From contig CALGQU010000024.1 of NCBI GenBank assembly GCA_937959125.1, positions 16,796 through 80,795 on the forward strand: DNA of 64,000 bases. Reading direction: 5' to 3'. The notes beneath the pieces were generated by a model. The model saw nothing but the letters and a program-made list of their open reading frames with translations. It was not told the origin of the DNA and did not search any database. Shown here in pieces: positions 26,151-35,110 of the stretch. Origin of the DNA: an uncultured Croceitalea sp. GTDB taxonomy: Bacteria > Bacteroidota > Bacteroidia > Flavobacteriales > Flavobacteriaceae. Position 1 is the stretch's first letter, and each line of letters opens with the position of its first letter. Made by a program: the position numbers and the translations under genes.

Positions 26151-27389
26151 TTAATTTTGATTTGTTTGTAAACGTTTTTTCTGGGTATTGGACAATGGGT
26201 GCATTAAAAAAAATGCTGGACCATAGCTATTGTAATAGGAATGGTTTTTCATTTCCTTATCGTCGATATCCAAGCTAAGATCACAATCAAAGCGCAACAG
26301 CTGGGCGAAATCTTTTCCGGGTGACCCTGCATTAAGGCTATGGCAGAGCCCCCAAGTTATTCCCCTTCCCTCTTTGGTATTCGTAAACGCATCGGCAATA
26401 AACGGACCGCCTGCAATAGGCATTACCGATGTTATGGAGGCAATGTCAAAATTAACACCGTCCGGCGCGTATTGTATGGTAAAATGTTCGTTACCGTCTT
26501 TTATGACCAAAGCTGCTATGCCTTCCTTAAAAGGAAAAAGGGTGGTCTCATGCCCGGAGTTCAATACTGGGTTCAAAGGATGTTTTTCAAAGGGCCCAAA
26601 AGGATGGTTCGCTATAGCCAATCCTTGCATTCTAACCAACTTTGGGTTGCCATCAAAATCAGATTTATAATACAGGTATACTTTGTCTTTATATACTAAT
26701 GGATAGGGATCATGGATGGAGAATTGGTCCCAATCCCCTTTTGCACCATTGCCGACGACCACTTTATTATGGGACACCCATGGTCCGTCCGGACTACTGG
26801 CATAGGATACGGTCACGGGACAATCATCCCCACGTTTGCCACTAGCTTCCAGAAACCCTTGATAATACAGATAATACTTGTTCTCCCAAACCAAGATGTC
26901 GGGCGTAGAAACAGAACGCCATCCTACGGCGGGCTTGGCGGGTCTTTTAATAGCAGGTCCTTGTTCTTCCCAAGTAAAGCCGTCCTTGCTGGTTGCGTAC
27001 CAAATTTCAGCCAAATCCCAATCACTGGATGGAACAGTATCATTACTCTTTTCTGCTCCCATAGGGGGTGTTACCGTATTTCTGTACGTATACCACACAT
27101 AATATTTGCCTTCGACATAAATAATTTTGGAAGGGTCGCGCCTAGAAACCGTACCATCATTGTTATGATACTCAAAGCCTTTGAGTTTTGAATATTTGAA
27201 CAAGGAAAACAACTCATTATCCTCTGGACGTGATGCCGGATAATTATCATAATTGCGCTCCATGGCAGCACTCATTTCCCGGTTTGGTTTTTCCTTGGGC
27301 AAGGTGAACGGGAAACCGTCTTGCGCCCCTACAAAACCGCTAAAGGTCAAGGTAATCCATATTAAAAGTTTGCATTTTCCCAAACACAT
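26151..27389 (-). CDS. GH117 family glycoside hydrolase, secreted paralogue
   Basis: Five-bladed-propeller motifs shared with the 45479 GH117: RRDPS, YYVWYTY, WYATSKDGFTWEE, NSGHE. The ORF-track start at 27401 is TTG; the ATG at 27389 gives MCLGKCKLLIWITLTFSGFVGAQD, a signal peptide. Confidence 0.75.
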   Translation of the reverse strand: MCLGKCKLLIWITLTFSGFVGAQDGFPFTLPKEKPNREMSAAMERNYDNYPASRPEDNELFSLFKYSKLKGFEYHNNDGTVSRRDPSKIIYVEGKYYVWYTYRNTVTPPMGAEKSNDTVPSSDWDLAEIWYATSKDGFTWEEQGPAIKRPAKPAVGWRSVSTPDILVWENKYYLYYQGFLEASGKRGDDCPVTVSYASSPDGPWVSHNKVVVGNGAKGDWDQFSIHDPYPLVYKDKVYLYYKSDFDGNPKLVRMQGLAIANHPFGPFEKHPLNPVLNSGHETTLFPFKEGIAALVIKDGNEHFTIQYAPDGVNFDIASITSVMPIAGGPFIADAFTNTKEGRGITWGLCHSLNAGSPGKDFAQLLRFDCDLSLDIDDKEMKNHSYYNSYGPAFFLMHPLSNTQKKRLQTNQN

Positions 27390-27559
27390 AGCTTCTATCA
27401 ATTTTTTAGGAATTCATAAAATCTGTCTAAAGGTCTACTTTAGTTGTAAGACCAGACCCACATTATTTGCGGAATTATAAAGATGTTTAGTTTTTGTGCA
27501 GTTGGTTTTTGGAGCCGTCACAACTTCTAGGGGTATCTTTAAACCAGTAACTGCCCCAC

Positions 27560-28720
27560 ATGAAGATTAGTGCAATAAAATGTTTCCCAATCAACATTGG
27601 CAATGGCTGCCAGTTGGTGGTCAAGATTGAAACCACATCCGGTATTTACGGTTGGGGAGCATCTGGACTTACTACCCGTGAATTGGCCGTTGTTGGTGCT
27701 ATCCAACATTACGAACCCTTATTGTTGGGAAGGGATCCTATGCAAATAGGGGCTATTTGGCAGGAACTTTACCGAAGTCAGTATTTTGAAGGGGGTCGCG
27801 TGCTGACCGCTGCAATTTCCGCCATAGATATCGCTTTATATGATATCAAGGGAAAAGCGTTGCAAGTGCCCGTTTACGAATTGCTAGGTGGCAAACAAAG
27901 GGATTTTGTGCCCTGTTTTGCATCCCTTCGTTTTTCAACTTATGAAGAACTTTTAAGCAAAGCCAAAACCCTTTTGGATGCGGGATGGAACGTAATACGA
28001 TTAGCTCCTGCGGATTATGGGACTACGGATGAAATTGGCATTTTTGAACCTAGGGAATCCATTGCTACGATGGCGGATTGGGTTACCGATTTACGGAAAG
28101 AAGTAGGCAGTCATACGGTCATTGGTATCGATTACCATAGCCGGCTGTCCCTAGCGGAAACGGTTTCTTTTATCCACAAAATGCCCCAAGGGACTTTGGA
28201 TTTTATTGAAGAACCTATTAGAGATGAGTCTCCTAAGGCCTATGAAGCCTTAAGAAAGCACATAAACGTTCCTTTTGCCCTAGGTGAGGAATTTGCCAGC
28301 AAATGGCAGTTCCAACCTTTTTTGGAGAAAAATATTACCCAATTTGCCCGACTTGATGTTTGTAATGTCGGTGGGCTTACGGAAAGCATGAAGGTGGCTG
28401 CCATGGCAGAGACCCATTATATCGATTTAATGCCCCATAATCCGCTAGGACCTATATGCACAGCAGCCAGCTTGCATTTGGCCGCAGCTACCCCCAATTT
28501 TGCTTGGTTGGAGGAAATCAATACCCCAGCGGAGCAATATGGGACAAACGATAGACGTTACTATCCAGAACAGCCTACAATGGAAGGTGCTCGATACAAA
28601 GTGCCGGAGACGCCAGGTTTGGGGATAGAATTTAATGAAGCATTGGCTACTTCACAGGAATTTCAAATCGTGGAGGTCCCAAGGCTACAAAAAAAGGATG
28701 GGTCTTTTACCAATTGGTAG
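27560..28720 (+). CDS. enolase-superfamily acid-sugar dehydratase (D-galactonate/D-mannonate dehydratase subgroup)
   Basis: 386 aa. Aligns by eye to E. coli DgoD along its length: VKIETTSGIYGWG, DIKGK, IDYHSRL, IEEP, LGEE, MPHNPLGP, and the C-terminal ...W. Confidence 0.75.
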   Translation: MKISAIKCFPINIGNGCQLVVKIETTSGIYGWGASGLTTRELAVVGAIQHYEPLLLGRDPMQIGAIWQELYRSQYFEGGRVLTAAISAIDIALYDIKGKALQVPVYELLGGKQRDFVPCFASLRFSTYEELLSKAKTLLDAGWNVIRLAPADYGTTDEIGIFEPRESIATMADWVTDLRKEVGSHTVIGIDYHSRLSLAETVSFIHKMPQGTLDFIEEPIRDESPKAYEALRKHINVPFALGEEFASKWQFQPFLEKNITQFARLDVCNVGGLTESMKVAAMAETHYIDLMPHNPLGPICTAASLHLAAATPNFAWLEEINTPAEQYGTNDRRYYPEQPTMEGARYKVPETPGLGIEFNEALATSQEFQIVEVPRLQKKDGSFTNW

Positions 28721-28779
28721 AAAATCCCGTTATTATCAAAAAACCGAATGAAAATTGTATATTAATTTAAATTGCTGAA

Positions 28780-29892
28780 ATGAAAATTTTTAACATTGCC
28801 CTACTTTTTACTTTTTTGGGATTAGTGGTAGCCTCTTGCTCCAGTGATACAACGGTCACCGAGGATCCTGTATCGCAATCCGACACTCCTACGGACGAAG
28901 ATTCTGATGGGGAGGCTGAAGATGATCCCGACATGGATGGTGATTCCAATGATGATATGGATGGTAATATGGACGATGGTATGGGTGACGATACTTCATC
29001 CACCGATTTTATGAACCTTCCCGTACCCGTTCAATTGGACAATGGCATGGAATGGGAGTTCCAAGACTTTTCCGATGATTTTGAATATGAAGCCCCAGCG
29101 GGTAATCTTGGGTCGGAATTTGATGCCAATTGGTATCCGCGCTACCACAATGCGTGGTTAGGCCCTGGACGTACGGAATGGGATCCCACTTTTCCCTATG
29201 TCACCAACGGTATGTTACATATTCCGGCAAGAAAAAAACAGGGAACCGATAAAATAAATATGGGTATTATTACAAATAAGACCCGAATCCAATACCCCGT
29301 GTATATAGAGACCCGGGCAAAACTCATGAATTCCGTGCTAGCCAATGCCGCATGGTTGTTGAGCCCTGATGATACCCAAGAAATCGATTTCCTGGAAGCC
29401 TATGGTGCCAGCTTTTCAGAAAGTGCTTCCAATCCCGATCATTCTTGGTTCGCGGAACGCATCCATGTGAGCCATCATGTTTTTATACGCCAACCGTTCA
29501 CGGACTGGCAACCCTCAGATAGTGGTGCTTGGTATAGGGATGGCACGCTGTGGCGGGAAGAATTCCATACCTATGGCGTGTATTGGAGGGATCCTTGGCA
29601 TTTGGAATATTATATTGACGGGCAGTTGGTCCGCACGGTTTCCGGTAGGGACCAAATAGATCCTGTTTTTCATACCAATTCGGTGAATCCCGGCGATACT
29701 TCCAATGATACCCGTACAGGACTTAGTAAAGAAATGGATATTATTATTGATGCAGAAGATCACGAGTGGCGCTCTAACCCCCAGCCCGGTTTTGAATTGA
29801 ATACGCCAACGGATAACGAATTGGCCAACGAGGCCAACAATACCTTTCTGGTGGATTGGATACGTATCTTTAAACCCGTATCCAGCCAATAA
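28780..29892 (+). CDS. GH16 beta-agarase/porphyranase-type endo-galactanase, lipoprotein
   Basis: 370 aa. Signal LVVASC, D/E-rich linker, GH16 catalytic ExDxxE as EIDFLE (29380-29397) within NAAWLLSPDDTQEIDFLEAYG, and HTYGVYW. Confidence 0.8.
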   Translation: MKIFNIALLFTFLGLVVASCSSDTTVTEDPVSQSDTPTDEDSDGEAEDDPDMDGDSNDDMDGNMDDGMGDDTSSTDFMNLPVPVQLDNGMEWEFQDFSDDFEYEAPAGNLGSEFDANWYPRYHNAWLGPGRTEWDPTFPYVTNGMLHIPARKKQGTDKINMGIITNKTRIQYPVYIETRAKLMNSVLANAAWLLSPDDTQEIDFLEAYGASFSESASNPDHSWFAERIHVSHHVFIRQPFTDWQPSDSGAWYRDGTLWREEFHTYGVYWRDPWHLEYYIDGQLVRTVSGRDQIDPVFHTNSVNPGDTSNDTRTGLSKEMDIIIDAEDHEWRSNPQPGFELNTPTDNELANEANNTFLVDWIRIFKPVSSQ

Positions 29893-29958
29893 AGGGTGAA
29901 CCACGGAACAAGAACAGAGCGGTATAGACTTCTAAAACCGAGTTTCACTTAAACACAT

Positions 29959-29985
29959 AAAGGCATCCTCACAGGTGCCTTTTTT
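29959..29985 (+). terminator. rho-independent terminator after GH16
   Basis: Stem aggcatc/ggtgcct (7 bp, one G-U) with a 6-nt loop, followed by T-run 29980-29985. Confidence 0.6.
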
Positions 29986-29986
29986 G

Positions 29987-31261
29987 TTAGTCCAAAAAAA
30001 GCTCGGGCAACCAAAGCGACAAGGCCGGAAAAAGCGTTACCAAAACCAGTACCAATAGGCTTACCAGTAGAAAAGGCAATCCCGCTTTGCTTACTTTTCC
30101 TATGGAAACCTTACCTATACTGGCTGAGACAAACAAGCAAATGCCCAAGGGTGGTGTGGTCAATCCGATCATTAAATTCAATAAGGCAATCACCCCAAAA
30201 TGGATAGGATCAATATCCACGGCCAAGGCTACTTTTAAAAGAATGGGAAATAGAATCAATAAGGCCGCCAAGGTTTCCATAAAGGTCCCTACTAGTATGA
30301 GTAACAGGTTGATCAGGAGCAATACCACATATTTATCCTCAGAAAAATTGAGAATACCGCTAGAAACGGTCTGGGGAAGTTGTTCCGTGATAAGAATCCA
30401 ACCAAAGAGATTGGCAAAACCAATAAGCACCATCAAGGAGGCCGAAGTTTTCATGGCATCCAAAACAATGACCATAGTCTTTTTTACATCCAATTTTTTA
30501 TAGACAAAAGCACCGATGATAAAGGCGTAAACCACAGCAATAATAGAAGCCTCCGTAGGGGTGAAAATACCCCCAATGATACCAAAGAGGATAATAAAGG
30601 TCATGAGCAAGGACCAGAACGTATCCAAAAAACTTCTTAAAAGCCGTTTCAGCGAACTGCGCTTGTGTTTGGGATATCGCTTTTTGATGGCAATAGCATA
30701 GGCAACCCCCATTAAGCTCAATCCTAAAAGTAACCCTGGGATAGCTCCTGCCAAAAACAATTTCCCTACGGAAAGTCCGCTTAAGGTAGCCGCTATAATC
30801 ATAGGGACACTAGGAGGTATAATGGGTCCAACCGTAGAAGAAGAGGCAGTAACGGCACATGAAAAATCGGCATCATAGCCTTCCTTTTTCATGGCTGGAA
30901 TCATCACTGACCCAATACTGGCCGTATCGGAAATGGCGGTGCCCGAAATTCCGGCAAATAGCATGGAGGCCGCAATATTGGCCAAGGCCAATCCCCCCCT
31001 AATATGACCTATACCTTGGTTACAAAACCCTATTATCTTTTCAGTAAGCCCACCATGGTTCATTAGATTTCCGGCAATGATAAAACCTGGGATGCTGAGG
31101 AGCACAAAAACATCGATTCCAGAATACATTTTCATGGGGATCACTACCAAGGGAATCCCTTTAAACAAGAGAAAAACCAAACAAGAAAGACCTAAGGAAA
31201 ACGCAATGGGAAATCGCATCAGCAAACACAACACAAATACCGCTAGCAACACCCAAATCAT
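29987..31261 (-). CDS. dctM: TRAP transporter large permease
   Basis: 424 aa polytopic DctM-family protein. ATGA overlap with dctQ. Confidence 0.9.
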   Translation of the reverse strand: MIWVLLAVFVLCLLMRFPIAFSLGLSCLVFLLFKGIPLVVIPMKMYSGIDVFVLLSIPGFIIAGNLMNHGGLTEKIIGFCNQGIGHIRGGLALANIAASMLFAGISGTAISDTASIGSVMIPAMKKEGYDADFSCAVTASSSTVGPIIPPSVPMIIAATLSGLSVGKLFLAGAIPGLLLGLSLMGVAYAIAIKKRYPKHKRSSLKRLLRSFLDTFWSLLMTFIILFGIIGGIFTPTEASIIAVVYAFIIGAFVYKKLDVKKTMVIVLDAMKTSASLMVLIGFANLFGWILITEQLPQTVSSGILNFSEDKYVVLLLINLLLILVGTFMETLAALLILFPILLKVALAVDIDPIHFGVIALLNLMIGLTTPPLGICLFVSASIGKVSIGKVSKAGLPFLLVSLLVLVLVTLFPALSLWLPELFLD

Positions 31262-31734
31262 ACGGCTTGGGATTTAGGGTTAAAATGCTTCATTAAGCGA
31301 ACCAAGGAAAAGAAGGTGATGGAAAACCCTAAAAAAGCCACACCCATAAAAGCAATGGCCATGGGAAATTTAAGGCTTGGCGATTTTTCTGCCCATCCCG
31401 CGACCACAAAAAGTACACTATATATGGAAAAACATAGAAACAATAAAAAGGTAAGGGCATCCACCAAGAGCAGTACCCGTTTTTTCCAAACACTTCCCAA
31501 TTTGTCGTATAAAAAATCAAAATGCACGTAATAATTGCCTTTTAGGGCAATACCGGCAGCACAACCCACGGCAAAAACAAAGCAAAGACGTGCCGCTTCC
31601 TCTGTCCATGACGGGGCTTGGTCCAGAAAAAAACGGGCATAGATTTGGATAAGGGTGCATCCTACAAACCCCAAGGTACTTAGCAAAGTCCCCCATTTTA
31701 ACAACGTGCCTAACTTTTTTTGTAGTGAACTCAT
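31258..31734 (-). CDS. dctQ: TRAP transporter small permease
   Basis: 158 aa, 4 TM, positioned between dctP and dctM. Confidence 0.8.
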   Translation of the reverse strand: MSSLQKKLGTLLKWGTLLSTLGFVGCTLIQIYARFFLDQAPSWTEEAARLCFVFAVGCAAGIALKGNYYVHFDFLYDKLGSVWKKRVLLLVDALTFLLFLCFSIYSVLFVVAGWAEKSPSLKFPMAIAFMGVAFLGFSITFFSLVRLMKHFNPKSQAV

Positions 31735-31891
31735 TAAGACTTTTTCAATTGGCTAAAAAAATTGCTCTTTTTAAACCTGTTTTCACCTTTTTTTCTTTCC
31801 GTAGCCCAGCTATGCAACTCAAAAAAGTCTTCAACAGGACAAAAAATATCTAATTTTCGCTTCAATCCAAATAGCCTTGAGTTCAATCTTA

Positions 31892-32923
31892 TCATTGGCC
31901 TTCGGTTACTACGGAGGTATATACTTCTTTCATCTCTGGGGATAAGGTTTGATAAATGGCATCACCGCATTTTTCTACAAAAGCGGCATTGTCTACCGCT
32001 ACAAAGGTCATCCCCAAAGCTTCCAATTCTTCTTTTATCTGCTGCTCGTTTTCCAAGAACAGTTGTCTTTCATAGGCTTGCATATCCTTTGCCGCTTCCA
32101 AGAAAATCGCCTTTAAATCTTCCGAAAACCTTTCAAACTGCTTTTCCCCAATAACCGGATAGGTCCAACTTACCACATGCCCAGTAAGATTAACATATTT
32201 CTGTACTTCATAAAAACCGGAAACTTTGATTAGGGCCAAGGGGTTTTCTTGTGCTTCTATGGTCCCCTGCTGTAGAGAGGTAAATACTTCTGAAAAGGCC
32301 ATGGGCGTGGTCTTGGCTCCCAAAGCTTCCCAAGCGGTCACAAAAGAAGGCACGTTGGGTACGCGTAAAATAAGACCGTCCAACTCCTCAGGACTTGTTA
32401 TGGGCCTGTTTGAAGTTAGATGCCGTGCCCCAGCCTGAAAGTAGCCCAAGGGTTTAAGTCCGGTTTTTTCCAGCATCTCTTTCTTTATGCGCTCCCCCAA
32501 AGGTCCGGAGACCAAGGCTTCCACTTCATTGGGGTTTTTGAGCAAGAACGGCATTTCACAAAACACCATGATTTCCGTCCAGTTGCTTAAGAGTGAACTT
32601 GTGGTGGTCATATCAATGACCCCAGCTTGTATCATTCGGATGGCCTCAATTTCCTTGGCCAGCTGTTCGGAATGATAACTCTGTAAAACAATACGGCCTT
32701 CGCTGCGTTCCTCCAGCAGCTTCCCAAAATATTGAAAGGCTTTATACCAAGTATGGTCCTCACCCACCAAAAGACTGGCGCGAAGCAAAAATTCGGGTTC
32801 TTTTTTGGTAGCACATCCCAACAGCAAAAGTGAGAGGAAAATAGAAAAACAAATATTGTGGGCCTTTTTCACTAATGGATTGGATAGGATTCTAAAGTTA
32901 AAATATCCAGACCGTCCTACCAT
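31892..32923 (-). CDS. dctP: TRAP transporter substrate-binding protein (lipoprotein)
   Basis: 343 aa. LLLLGC lipobox and DctP-family fold motifs. Lies 10 nt downstream of eda. Confidence 0.85.
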   Translation of the reverse strand: MVGRSGYFNFRILSNPLVKKAHNICFSIFLSLLLLGCATKKEPEFLLRASLLVGEDHTWYKAFQYFGKLLEERSEGRIVLQSYHSEQLAKEIEAIRMIQAGVIDMTTTSSLLSNWTEIMVFCEMPFLLKNPNEVEALVSGPLGERIKKEMLEKTGLKPLGYFQAGARHLTSNRPITSPEELDGLILRVPNVPSFVTAWEALGAKTTPMAFSEVFTSLQQGTIEAQENPLALIKVSGFYEVQKYVNLTGHVVSWTYPVIGEKQFERFSEDLKAIFLEAAKDMQAYERQLFLENEQQIKEELEALGMTFVAVDNAAFVEKCGDAIYQTLSPEMKEVYTSVVTEGQ

Positions 32924-32933
32924 ACCATCATCA

Positions 32934-33623
32934 TTATTTTTTAAGGGAAGCGATGCGTTTTAGCGTTTCGGCAACCTTTATTTCCAGTCCTTTATAGTCC
33001 TTATGTTCCAAGATGGATTTGGATATTAGTTTGGATCCCATACCCACGCAGGTTACCCCGGCATCAAACCACGCTTTGAGATTGGCTTCTTCCGTGCTTA
33101 CCCCACCGGTAGGCATAATGCTGGTCCAAGGTTGTGGCCCTTTGATCGCTTTTACAAAGTCTGGTCCGTAGGTAGACCCAGGAAACAGTTTTACCACTTC
33201 GCATCCCAATTCCTCGGCATTGTTTATCTCCGTTAAGGAACCGCAACCGGGCGACCAGAGTACTTTTCTTCGGTTGCAGACTTTAGCGATATCTACACGT
33301 AGGGAAGGGGTTACTATAAAATTGGCACCCATCTGCATAAATAGGGAAGCGGCCCCGGCATCGGTAATAGAACCTACACCCATGATCATTCCTGGTAATT
33401 CCTTTAGGGCATATTTATTCAATTCGGCAAAAACCTCATAGGCAAAATCGCCCCTCGCCGTGAACTCTAGCAATCGGGCACCACCATCGTAACATGCTTT
33501 CAACACTTTTTTACCAAGGGCAACATCGGCATGATAGAATAAAGGGACCATGCCCGTATTCTTCATTGCTTGTACCACTTCCAATCTGCTGTATTTTGCC
33601 ATACTATTTTGTTCCGATGCCAT
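32934..33623 (-). CDS. eda: KDPG / 4-hydroxy-2-oxoglutarate aldolase
   Basis: 229 aa Eda family (LLEFTARG, GVGSI, KLFPG, MPTGGV). Confidence 0.85.
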   Translation of the reverse strand: MASEQNSMAKYSRLEVVQAMKNTGMVPLFYHADVALGKKVLKACYDGGARLLEFTARGDFAYEVFAELNKYALKELPGMIMGVGSITDAGAASLFMQMGANFIVTPSLRVDIAKVCNRRKVLWSPGCGSLTEINNAEELGCEVVKLFPGSTYGPDFVKAIKGPQPWTSIMPTGGVSTEEANLKAWFDAGVTCVGMGSKLISKSILEHKDYKGLEIKVAETLKRIASLKK

Positions 33624-33673
33624 ATTCTTTCATAACCGGCACCTAAGGTTCTTATTAAAAATACGAAAATCAA

Positions 33674-34714
33674 TTAACGTGCTACCCTACCGGAAGCATC
33701 CCCGGACATGAGTTTCTCCACTTCGGCAACCGTTACTAAATTGGCATCACCTTTTATGGTATGCTTTAAACAGGATGCGGCCACCGCAAAGTCCAAAGCA
33801 TTTTGATCGTCTTCTGGATAGGTAAGCAACCCGTAGATCAAACCACCCATAAAGGAATCCCCACCGCCAACACGGTCCACAATATCCGTGATTTGATACT
33901 GACGGGTATCGTACATCTTTTTGCCATCATAAAGAACCCCCGCCCATGTATTGTGGGAGGCGGAAATAGAACCCCGTAATGTGGTAATTACTTTCTTTGC
34001 TTTGGGGAACTTCTGCATCATCTGCTTACAAACGGACAAAAAGGCTTCAGCCTTGACCTCTTCTCCTGCTTTGTGGACATCTAGCCCTTCTGGGTGGATT
34101 CCAAAATGCTTTTCCGCATCCTCCTCATTCCCCAAGATGATATCACAATAGGCCGTAAGTTCCGTCATTATGGCTTCCCGGTCACCGCCGTAGTTCCACA
34201 ATTTGGCCCTATAATTTAGGTCCGTAGAAATAGGAATTCCCATGGCACTGGCCACCTTTACCGCTTCTAAACAAGCGTCCGCCGCACCTTGGGATATGGC
34301 AGGGGTAATCCCCGTCCAATGGAACCAAGAAGCCTCTTTAAAGATGGTTTCCCAATCGATCATTCCAGCTTCAATTTCGGACATGGCGGAATGTGCACGG
34401 TCATAAACCACTTTACTGCCGCGGGAAACGGCTCCGGTTTCCAAAAAATAGATGCCCAAACGATCGCCGCCATAAGCAATATGTTGTGTGCCAACACCCC
34501 TTTTGCGCATTTCCATTAAGGCACAATCTCCAATATCATTTTTTGGCAGTCGGGTCACGAATTCCACCGGAATACCGTAGTTGGCCAAGGAAACCGCAAC
34601 ATTGGATTCCCCACCGCCATAAATAACATCAAAACTAGTGGTTTGGGAAAATCTTAAAAATCCTGGAGGCGCCAGACGCAGCATTATCTCTCCAAAAGTG
34701 ATGACTTTTTTCAC
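33674..34714 (-). CDS. kdgK: 2-dehydro-3-deoxygluconokinase (PfkB family)
   Basis: PfkB motifs ITFGEIMLRL, GGGESNVA, GGGDSFMGGLIYGLL. The ORF-track start at 34747 is TTG. The GTG at 34714 gives MKKVITFGEIMLRL, which I consider the likelier start; there is no in-frame ATG upstream of the conserved N-terminus. Confidence 0.85.
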   Translation of the reverse strand: MKKVITFGEIMLRLAPPGFLRFSQTTSFDVIYGGGESNVAVSLANYGIPVEFVTRLPKNDIGDCALMEMRKRGVGTQHIAYGGDRLGIYFLETGAVSRGSKVVYDRAHSAMSEIEAGMIDWETIFKEASWFHWTGITPAISQGAADACLEAVKVASAMGIPISTDLNYRAKLWNYGGDREAIMTELTAYCDIILGNEEDAEKHFGIHPEGLDVHKAGEEVKAEAFLSVCKQMMQKFPKAKKVITTLRGSISASHNTWAGVLYDGKKMYDTRQYQITDIVDRVGGGDSFMGGLIYGLLTYPEDDQNALDFAVAASCLKHTIKGDANLVTVAEVEKLMSGDASGRVAR

Positions 34715-34826
34715 ATTAAATGGTTTAGTTAATCTATTACTGGACAAAGTTCTAAATTATTGGGGCATTCCCTTTTTAAATAGCTGAACAAAAACTATAC
34801 AATGGTATAACACCCACAGTAACGGC

Positions 34827-34846
34827 AGGGGCACCCCTTCTTTTTT
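34827..34846 (+). terminator. weak terminator-like hairpin + T6
   Basis: agggg-ca-cccct followed by tc-tttttt. The stem is short and there is no upstream + strand gene. Confidence 0.25.
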
Positions 34847-34980
34847 AGAACCAAAACTCCCTAGTTTTTAAGGCTGGTGCAACACCTCATCTTCGTTTTT
34901 TAAAAAATCCTTTTAGCTTGTCTAGTTTATATCGAGTAGGACTCGCTAGTACCGCTAAAACTATGAGGTATCTTTGTTTT

Positions 34981-35110
34981 ATGTTTGTTAGGATAGTGGT
35001 ATGATAACTGCCACTTGATTTACGGTTTAACTCATAGAGGAGCTATGTAGTTTGAGTTAGTTTTTAGTTTAGTTATACCCTATCGCCCACTTGGACGGTA
35101 GGGTTTTTTT
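34981..35110 (+). ncRNA. candidate small RNA (hypothetical, unnamed)
   Basis: Two Bacteroidetes-type -7 boxes TAnnTTTG (tatctttg 34969-34976, tatgtttg 34980-34987) lie about 100-130 nt upstream of a strong orphan terminator at 35077-35110. No ORF of 60 aa or more lies in the 763-bp region. The 5' end is a guess. Confidence 0.2.
35077..35110 (+). terminator. orphan rho-independent terminator
   Basis: Stem ccctatcg (35078-35085) / cggtaggg (35096-35103) with one G-U, then T7 at 35104-35110. The nearest upstream genes are all on the minus strand. Confidence 0.55.

Noticed and set aside
28767-29003. 78-aa Ser-rich minus-strand ORF, or a tandem DNA repeat
   Set aside because: It is the antisense reading of the Asp/Glu/Gly linker of the GH16 gene. 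The periodicity is explained by the DMDG-type peptide repeats.
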